Shown: positions 12,820 through 23,818 of the stretch, one piece after another
Numbering within the stretch: position 1 is the stretch's first letter
Layout of the letters: every line of letters begins with the position of its first letter
Assembly: GCF_003918875.1 (NCBI RefSeq)
Contig: NW_025767168.1
Location: 2,976,001-3,040,000, forward strand
Source of the DNA: Haliotis rubra
Taxonomy: Eukaryota
Direction of reading: 5' to 3'
Length of the DNA stretch: 64,000 nucleotides
Translations under genes and position numbers: made by a program
The notes under the pieces: model-generated
The model's database searches: none
Seen by the model: the letters and a program-made list of their open reading frames with translations, nothing else
Told to the model about the DNA's origin: nothing

Positions 12820-15800
12820 TCAATACCTCATTTTATTCTCACTCCCTAGTTTAATAAGTCTTGGTTTCCATGGAGCCCACTTTTCGACTCTGTCAGAGGA
12901 GAAAGCTTCAGGTAGTATCGTGGTTGGTACTGCATGATGGGACTGAAGGGAGTACTGGGCTGCCATCAAACCCGCCTTTATGCAAAGGTCAAGGTCATGA
13001 CCTTTAACAATTGCATCTATCACTCCAGCTGCAAAGCTGAAAACCAAAGCAGGGGAGGGTTAAATAGCATTCTGGTGAACATTTTTCAGTTTATTCAAGG
13101 TAACATTTGACATGTGTTCTCTTGGTGATACATGTAACTTGCAAGGTTCACTCATGAAGTTATTGGAACATGTTAATAATGTTTGATAATGTCATTTAGT
13201 TAATCTAATCTATTAAGAAAAAATCAACGTGTTAACGTTATTCAACCTTTTAAAAAAGAAACGAAATGTTTACTTGAGCATAAATGAAAACCCAAAGGTC
13301 TTCTATGGTGTGCAGACACAGCGTCAGAATTGGAACCTCATGAATTATTTAGGTGCCATGATTGGTTGGAAGTTTATGGTTCATTGCTCCAATGGGCACT
13401 CAGGGATGATGTTTACAGATGCTGATTCTGACACAAGCAGGCCATGAAATATATATGCCAACTTGACCTTCATCAGGTAGGGTAAGAGGTCAAGGCCACC
13501 TGTGCAAAGCCTGTAAGTGCATATGGGTAGTGGGGTAGCCCAGTAGTTAAAGCGATCACTCGTCACACTGAAGACCCGGGTTTGATTCCCCACATGGGTA
13601 CATTGTATAAAGCCCATTTTTGGTGTTCCTTGCTGTGATATTGCTGGAATATTGCTATAAGCGCCATAAAACTAAACTCACTCACTCACTGTAAGTGAAT
13701 TATTAAACAAGCAGAGTAATGAGCCTACCAGTCCCCGGCCCCTGACACACTGACGGTGGTGCTAGGCATCTGGGCGGGGCTGCAGGCGGGGTAGTGAAGA
13801 ACGCTCACATCATCGCTGTAGGTCTAAAACAGAACCATTGTGGGGTGTGAGGAGATAAGTGTGTGGAAGAGAGATGTATTTGTTTACTACAGTTAGTCTG
13901 GTTTGTAATACTTGGAGTTAATAACGATAAATATTCAAGTAATCAAGAGGCCAAGAGATTACTCAGTTATCACTGGAGAGGAGCAGTAGGGCTGGTCTCA
14001 GCACTGTTATTTTTGCCCTAGCTGATTCTATGTAAAAACAGAAATTCATGCCCATTTCTCAGATACATTCAATGCTTTTCATTTCCCCGCAGAACAAACA
14101 ACCAGACCCTAAACAATTTCTTCTTCATGGCCTCTCCCTCATAGTGCTAATCTCCAAGCAACACTGAGACAAAGAACAGAGCCCTCAAACAGGCGCGACA
14201 AATAGTCTCTTTGTGGTTTAATGCTACAGTCATCCAGCTACTGTATATTACTGATATCGTGTGATCCTACGTATAAGACAACCCCCTCTACCCTCTGATT
14301 TATATACCCCGTCTATAACACAACCATTGTCGAACCACATCATCAGAGCATACAAGATATCCTTAAATTTGCAATAAAAACATGCTTGTGTCACAATATT
14401 TTCTTATACAATAACTGGTCATGTATAACTCCAGCACATGGCACCTTTTTGTGTGATGACACATTAAAACACAAATTTGTGACATTGATACTATGCACAT
14501 AGATTAGAATCTGTAAATAACTGCCATTGCAGTAACTAACATAATAAGCATCGATTTCCTCAACAGTAACATTAATACACACCTGCTTGTGTTTGGTGGG
14601 GAAGACAGGTTTGTCTCCCAGTCTGTGACACAGTAGAACTCCATGACAACCAAGCGTTACCATGACAACTGGTATGCTGTCAGCAAGATCACAGCAGTAT
14701 GGAAGACATGCATCTATAACATCATCCACACTGGAAGTGTCAAGAGAGATTGTCTCTGAAATAAAGAAGCACAAATAAACACTAAAATCTCCATATATTC
14801 CATGGTGAGGTGAGGTGAAATTGGGTTTATTGTCGTGCTTGAGAATATTTCGCTCATATGACGACGTGCATGCATGTGTATGTGTATGTGCGGCTGCTTG
14901 TACTAGCCCAGACTTAAACTGGTTTTATAGTGCTAGCCCACTGAGATACCATGCCGCAGTGAAGCATGAATACCCCACTCAGACACATTATACTGACTCC
15001 CGAGCCGACCAGTCCTTGTTGTACCCATTAATGCCGAGCGCCAGGCAGGGACCAACAAGTACCACATTTTAACGTCTTTTAGTATGACGCGGTCGGGGAT
15101 CGAACCCGCGACCTTCCACTCTCCGGGCGGACGCTCTAACCACTACACCACGGAGGCGGTTTATATTGCATGGAAGAAATGTCATAAACCTGAAATACTG
15201 CATCGGACAGCCCAACAGTAGCATTTGAAATCATGGAACCTTGCACCCCCAAAAAATACTTAAAAGGTAAAGAAAATAGACTAAGATTAACAGAAGACAC
15301 TGACTACTTGCCTTTTTCTTTAATCAGATGTCGTGAGTGAGTGAGTATGGTTTAACGTCGCTTTTAGCGGTGCAATGTGTGAAGCTCATTTCTGGTTTCC
15401 CCGCTGTGATATTGCTGGAATATTGCTAAAAAGCAGAGTAAAACTAAACTCTCTCACTCGCTTTAGCAACATTCCAGCAATATCACAGCAGGGGACACCA
15501 GAAATTGGCTTCACACATTGTACCAAAGTGGGGAATCGAACCCGGGTCTTCAGCGTGACGAGCGGATGCTTTAACCGTTAGACTACCTCACCGCCCCTGT
15601 CAGTCATGATCAAACAACACCACATGGAAAATATTAGGCACAATACAAATTACAGTCAACAGCATCCAACTTTGTAAAAACATGTAGCAGCCAAACATGA
15701 AGATAAAATATGAGATAATATGCCCCCTTTTTGTACAGCCATCCAGTAATAACACCCAATGATCTATTCCAGCTTAGCTCCCCATCTTCAACCCCACTGG

Positions 15801-18800
15801 GGTCACTGGGACCTTACCGACATCAGCTGGGGTTTTCCCTCTAAACGCTGCCCACATCTGCATCAGCTCTGCCACGTTTGGCGACGTGTATGTCATGTGA
15901 TCTCGGGCCGAAGTAGAGTACGGCTTCAGTGCCTTGTGGATGTCTGCTGGCTCAAACCAAACTGGAAGAGAACCATGGTATACAGTAATGGTTGGTGATA
16001 ACGTCGCTATATAGAGGCACTGTTAAGTTAAATTCCATTATCCTGTTTGTTTAAATCCAGTAGCCGTGATCACACAGTGATCATAGTGATATGACTATGG
16101 TAACTCTCACACATTGAGTGAGGTGAGGTGAGGTGAGGTGAGATGAGATGAGGTGAGGTGGTGAGGTGAGAATATTTGGCTGAGGTGAGGTGAGGTGAGG
16201 TGAGGTGAGGTGAGGTGAAATTGGGTTTAACGCCGTGCTTGAGAATATTTCGCTCATATGCATGCGTGTGTATGTGTATGTGCGGCTGCTTGTACTAGCC
16301 CAGACTGAAGCTGGTTTTATAGTGCTAGTCCACCGAGGTACCATGCCGCAGTGAAACATGAATACCCCACTCAGACACATTATACTGACTCCGAGCCAAC
16401 CAGTCCTTGTTGTACCTCCTTTGTGAGACATGACTGTAGTAGGGTTAACATCCAGTGATAAAACTGAGTCTTGCCAATAACAGACCTGCATGACAAATAG
16501 ATACTACTTACCAGGCACCTTGTTTTGACTACAGATATCACAGATGTACTCTATTGTCTCAGCGGGAATGTTGCCATCGACACACACTAATGGAGCTTGA
16601 GAGAGACTTTCTCTGTACTGGGACACCTGTAGCACAGTAATCAATCAGTACCATCTATCTCTGAAAGAACATCTGGTATTTGTGTGTAAGTTTGTCTATT
16701 TATTTGCTGTTTAACACCACATCTCAGCAATATCAATATTCCAGCTATAGGATGGTGGCCTGTAAATAAACAAATCTGAACCAGACAATCCAGTGATCGA
16801 CATTGTGACCATCCATCGATGCCAACAGTTCATGACTCATGCAACCAATTGATATTGGTTGCCTCTAACAACCAGGGGCGGTGTGGTAGCCTAGTGGTAA
16901 AAGTGTTCGCTAGTCACGCCAAAGACCCGGGTTCAATTCCCCACATGGGTTCAATTCCCACACAATGTGTGAAGCCCATTTCTGGTGTTCCCTGCCATGA
17001 TATTGCTGGCGTAAAACCATACTCATTCACTCACTCTAACAACCAACACAGGCAACTGAAAACAGGAAACCCAGCATAGTTGTTAAGATATGTTGTCTCA
17101 CATTTCACTGCACAGACAATCTGAAGTGTTGTCACTGACACTGTTGTTTTCATATTGCCAGACACTACACATGCCCTCTCCTATTAGAGACTGTTGGAGA
17201 CTGACCATGTGTGGTGTGATGTGAGACATGATCTCCATGTCCCCAACCCCGAACATCATCTCGCCACACTGCTGCAGCACCCCACAGTATACTGCTGTAC
17301 TCCGCCCCTCCAGCTCCTTCACCCCAGACAGATCCTGCAACACAAGGACAACTCAGATGCAGTGTATGCCACCGAACATCGCCCCAGACAGATCCTGCAA
17401 CACAAGGACAACTCAGATGTTGTGTATGCCACCGAACATCGCCCCAGACAGATCCTGCAACACAAGGACAACTCAGATGTTGTGTATGCCACCGAACATC
17501 GCCCCCAGACAGATCCTGCAACACAAGGACAACTCAGATGTTGTGTATGCCACCGAACATCGCCCCAGACAGATCCTGCAACACAAGGACAACTCAGATG
17601 CAGTGTATGCCACCGAACATTGCCCCAGACAGATCCTGCAACACAAGGACAACTCAGATGTTGTGTATGCCACCGAACATCGCCCCAGACAGATCCTGCA
17701 ACACAAGGACAACTCAGATGCAGTGTATGCCACCGAACATCGCCCCAGACAGATCCTGCAACACAAGGACAACTCAGATGCAGTGTATGCCACCGAACAT
17801 TGCCCCAGACAGATCCTGCAACACAAGGACAACTCAGATGCAGTGTATGCCACCGAACATCGCCCCAGACAGATCCTGCAACACAAGGACAACTCAGATG
17901 CAGTGTATGCCACCTAACATTGCCCCAAACAAATCCTGCAACACAAGGACAACTCAGATGTTGTGTATGCCACCGAACATCGCCCCAGACAGATCCTGCA
18001 ACACAAGGACAACTCAGATGTTGTGTATGCCACCGAACATCGCCCCAGACAGATCCTGCAACACAAGGACAACTCAGATGCAGTGTATGCCACCGTACAC
18101 CGCGCCAGACAGATCCTGCAACACAAGGACAACTCAGATGCAGTGTATGCCACCGAACATCGCCCCAGACAGATCCTGCAACACAAGGACAACTCAGATG
18201 CAGTGTATGCCATTTTTCGCCAGGATCTCCACCCTGACACCCTGTTAACCATCTCCACCCTGACAGCATGTTAACCCTCTCCACCCTGACAGCATGTTTA
18301 ACCTCTCCACCCTGACAGCATGTTTAACCTCTCCACCCTGACACCATGTTTAACCTCTCCACCCTGACACCATGTTAACCCTCTCCACCCTGACACCATG
18401 TTAACCTTCTCCACCCTGACAGCATGTTTAACCTCTCCACCCTGACACCATGTTAACCCTCTCCACCCTGATGCTCACCATGTTAACCTCTAACATGACA
18501 CAATGTTAACCCTCTCTACCCCAAACACCCACCATGTTAACCCTCTCTACCATGATACTCACCATGTTAACAATCCAACCTGACACCATGTTAACCCTCT
18601 CCACCCTCACTCATCATGTTAACCCTCCTAGCTGACACAATGTTAACCCTCTCCACCCTGTTAACCCTTGCACCCTGACACTCACCATGTGTTGACAGTT
18701 ATCATGTAGGGCACCTGTATGGGAGCCCCTCCCTACAGCTGATACAAGCAGTGGACGTGATCCAAGATGAGAAAGGCAGTCTGCGATGTTGCGCCCGACA

Positions 18801-21800
18801 CCACCAAATGACTGCCTCAAACTTCCAGGATATGTTGCGCCATTAGACTGAAAATGTTCACAAAATTAGACTGACTGAGTTTAGTTTTACGCCGCTTTTA
18901 GCAATATTCCAGCAATATCACGGCGGGGGACACCAGAAATGGGCTTAACACATTGTGCCCATGTGGGGAATCGAACCTGGGCCTTCGGCGTGACGAGCCA
19001 ACGCTTTAACCACTAGGCTACCCCACCGCCCCCACAAAATTAGAACATAAATACATAGAACATTTCTTACTAACATTTTCAAGTTCAAGCAGTTCTGTGG
19101 CAATATCACCCACACTGTGTATCCTTGTTGGGAACCAATGGTTGAAGTGACATAGGCCACCATAATAGTCTTTTAAACTGGCTGTAGGTGCAGTCTAGAG
19201 GTAAATGGGTCGCCTTGTTTTACTGAACACTAAGAAGCAGGAAAATGGTGAAAAATGTAACACACTCACATAAATCTCTGTGTAACACGCACTATGCACA
19301 ACAATACTTACCTGTACACGTTTTTGTCCCAGCTGAGCATAGAAGTCCACCACTACGCCGCCTACCACAACCTGTTAACATCATCTGAGGTCAACCAAAG
19401 ATGAAGGTCAGGTTAACCCTTCACCAACAAAATCAACTGTCACATATTGAAATATTTACATGCACGAATATAAACATTTGGATTTCCCTGCCACCTCAAC
19501 CAACCTAACTTCATAAATGTACTGAAAAAAATGTACATAAGCTCTAAGTTTGCAAAATATCTAGTAATAAAGTCTGAAAACATTCAGCAAAACATATTCT
19601 TCACAATTACGTTAAAATGAGTACATTTGAATTAAGGATTTGGATTTGATAATGAACTATGGTGCTGACTCAGAGTATGCGTTTTATTCGTTAGAAAGTC
19701 TCAGTTACTTAAGTATCAGTTACTAATATATGCAAAGATTCCCTTGTACAAAATTATCCCTTTTTCACATGAAGAAAAATACTCACTGGTCTTGACTGCT
19801 TTTCTTTACCACTTTCTTCGTGTTGAGGCCTCAGAATTGATGTTTTAGAGTTATCTCCCCTCAACTGCATATCATTCAGTGCAGAGGCTATCTTGCTTCC
19901 AACTTCAGCATTGTTCTTTATCAATGCAATGTCTGGATTTCATCAGGAAAATTACCCAAGACACAAGAAAACCGCTAAAGCAAACTTTAAACAACAAACC
20001 AAACTCAACAAAGAAAACCGCTGATACAAAATGAAATGGTTTAAAATTTGATCCATGGCATTGATCCATGGTGTTGTTTCAATGTAGGTGTTTCATAGGT
20101 TAACAAGTCTAAATATTGACAGATGGAATTGATCAAGGACAGATAACTCTGACTGAGCAACAAGTACCCCAGATGTCCAAGAATCATATTTGAGGTTCTT
20201 TGTCATGTGATTGAAGTGAAGAACGACACTGTGATATGTTGAGTCAGGATAAGAAATAATACAATATATTTGACTCTTTGTGTTAAAATAACAGTTTGTC
20301 TCATCTTCAAGTCACCTGATTACATAAACTTATATTTATATCTTGTGCCACAATCTATGCATGTATTTTCTTTCTAATGCTAGGCTGACAGCCCTAGCAA
20401 CATATCAGTAAGGCGGACTGGAAGTAGTTCCAGGGTAAACGTTATTTCAGTTGTGAAGATAGTATCTGATCACAAATGCATCATACAATGAAACCAAACG
20501 TTTTCCTTCTGATCCTGATGCCCATTTGCAACAAACCCTGACACAGCTTGTTTTACAGAAAGATACTGGCTTGTAGGGAAATTCCCTTTGTGAGTACATT
20601 GACACGACTCAGTATGAAAGGAGTGACATCTTTTCCACAAATACCTTGATCTCTGAAACAAATACATGATCCAGGTAAGTTTGTCTGTTTGTCTGCACTC
20701 ACCAATATTCCATCTGTACAATAAATATCAAGACTGGATCAGACAAACCAGCACTTGATATTCTGAGCCATAATCCAGCTAACTTTGTGAGTGAGTGAGT
20801 GAATGGTTTTACAACGCTTTTACCAATATTCTTGCAATATCACAGCAGGGGAATAAAGAAATGGTCTTCACACTGTACCCATGTGGGGAATCAAACCCGG
20901 TTAATGTGTTAGATCCTATCATTTGGCAAAATCATTTTGTAATTAAACACTGTCAAAACGAATGCTGGTTGTGATCAGGGAATTCAATTCTGGCGAAATA
21001 TAGACGCAGACATCCGATACTTCAGGCAATCATCTCACTGCTGCCTAGAGGGACAGTGTCATTGAAAGGCTGTTCTAATCTACTTCTGGCACCCTTGAGT
21101 AAACGTCTCTCAAAAGATAGTCAGGGTTGGATTGGTTTCCCGGTGTTGCGATAACAACTGATAAAAACTCAGAGACGTTAACTTATTAAGATAATCATGA
21201 TAATGCCAATGAAGGCATCAGTAGCAATGAACATTCCAGTAGGAAGCCAAAGTTCATAGTTGGCTATCCGCATATATTTTGCTACAGTTCTAAGAGCATG
21301 ACGTGCGTCATTTGTACAATGTGAAATCCATTTGCGACAAGCACTGGATGCAGAAATGATCAAAATACTACGTTAACCACACCATGTCACGGCAATTATC
21401 TTTCAGGTCTCACGATTGTTCAACCTTGAATCTGTCATAAAAAAGCTCCACATAACAATATTTAATCAGTCTATTTTCATATACAAAGGTACATTAAGTA
21501 ATGGTTTGAAATGTTTCAAAAAATTGTAATCTGACTCTCAAATGACTGTTTTTTATCTTCTTATTTTAATTTTGAATATCACAGTGACTCCCAAAACTTG
21601 ATATCTAGGGAGAACCCTGTTGAAGTATCTTACATGTAGGTATAAAGGGATATTCTAGCACGACATTGTGTGATACTCAATTCTGATTGGCTGAGAGCTC
21701 ATCAAAACCGTACTTAAATGGCAGTTGAAGACCGCTCATTAAAGTGACCGATTCACCGCGTATGAATACAAGGAACTTGTTGACCCTATTGTTTGTAAAC

Positions 21801-23771
21801 AAACATGTTGGACATCAGCAGCATCTTTGGTGTTTTTGAAGTAAAAAGTGAATGGTTTGAAGAAGAAATTCTTGACCCTAATCCCAGTGAAGAAACTACA
21901 AAGCTGGAAAATCCGTCAACAGCGCAAAAGGGCAGTATATTCAAACCGGGTCCAGATCTAGCGGGCATGACGTCGACAAAACACGTTTATGTTGTTGAAA
22001 ATGTCTTATCTTGTTCATTACACAACCTGTCCCTCAACGGGACGATTCCAAGCGATTTCCAGGAAAAAGGACCCTTCATGCCTTGTACTTGCGTGCCAAA
22101 CAGTTCGGTTTTAAAACGCCTATCAGTCGTGCTAAAATAAAGATAAATCTACTCTGTTTTCAATTTTGCGGTCCTTTATCATTGATTTAAGACCGCTAAA
22201 CGTTCAATTTAGCGGTCTTAAATCAACGATAAAGGACCACAAAATTGAAAACAGAGTAGCTTTATCTTCTAATTAGTTATACTTGGTGCTGAATCCTTAC
22301 CCTGCCTCAGAAATTGCTTGCTGTATTGCTGACTCAATTATCTCCCCTGATGCAGCAAAGGATTCTGGGATGGGTACAGCTATTAGGATTCCACTCCCTG
22401 TGTTCAGCTGTAGATTTGATTCTAATGGAAAAAGTAGCATCTTTTTACATGAAATGGCAGATATAGTGGGTTCCAGAACTAAAGCTGTGTTTGTGATCGG
22501 TCTACAGTTTGGTAAGTTGAATTGAATTACTCCATCAATATATGCCACAGTCTCCAGCTGATTAAAGGCACAGATAAAGTATCTTCAGTTTGTTCCAGCC
22601 ACAAGTCAGGGGTGAGCTGTTTCCAGCCTGTAATTGGAGTCACTTGTGTCCCGAGACCAGATCTACGTAGCATCCATTGTTGAATTATCATCAGGAAAAC
22701 CAAACAGTGTAACATGATGGCTGGATAGCAGACGGACAATTTTCCCTCACCATATTGAGTCTGTATCAAAGAGTTTTTTCAAGAAATCCAGACTCATTTT
22801 AGAATTTTCTTTGTGGGAAACAATGTCATAACTATGCACAAAGCAGGTTTATAACAGACATTTTGGAGGTCTATGTTTCACATTGAAGAGAACTATCTAA
22901 TCTTGAACATTTATGGAAGCGAATTGAAATCAAATAATGAAAGGTTAAACTGTCTTTGTAAATGTTCATAATCTTCAGGATTCTGTCGCCATGACTACTT
23001 ACCTATAAGACCTGCAGCAGATGTTGCTGTTTGCACATTATAGGGTGACTGGAAGCCGCTCTTTGATGTGAAGAATGCTGGGAAATCTCTTGAACTTCCA
23101 AATGTGGCTACACAAACTCCTTGAGTTTCCTGAAACAAAAATATACTTTACTTCTTATTAATACATGGCAATGTATATTTTGATTCCTTCAATTAATGCA
23201 TTTGGTTTTAGAATGCTCTACCCAGGAATACTCTATCACAAATGTGTAATGGTTATCTCCCAAAACAGAACTGTCTAATGTTGGCAACAGAAGATCACAA
23301 GGCCTTTACAGCAACATGCATGCATGTCTCTGTGTGGTTGCTTGCCTGGAATAATACAGGTGTTATTTGCCACAGTCCTTGTTCCATCCCTTATTGTCAA
23401 CTACAAGGCAGGGTAAGCCCCATCTTTTACCGCCTCTTGGGATGACACGGCCAGGGAATGAAACCACCAACCTTTCTGTCTCTACCCAGTAGACCACAGA
23501 GACGGTCACTGAAAGATTTGAGGTGATGAAGGTATGATAGAAGGGTTTCTGACCAGGTACTCAAGGGTACGTCCTATGGGTATTGACCTATGTCAAGTAT
23601 TGACTTGACTGAGGTCCACTGATGTCCATGGACAAGAACAGTCACTGGTGTGCAGCCCAGCTCAGTGAGGTCAGCACTGATGTCCATGGCTGGAACAAGA
23701 AGAGTGAGTGAGTGAGAGAGAGATGAGATGAGTGATGAGATAGAGGAGAGTGAGAGATAGAGAGAGAGAGA

Positions 23772-23818
<47 letters not shown>

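Noticed and set aside
17194-18284. Long ORFs (347, 321, 236 and 229 aa) and a CRISPR-like appearance
   Set aside because: These are products of the 60-bp tandem repeat. The units have no unique spacers, there are no cas genes, and the context is a eukaryotic intron.
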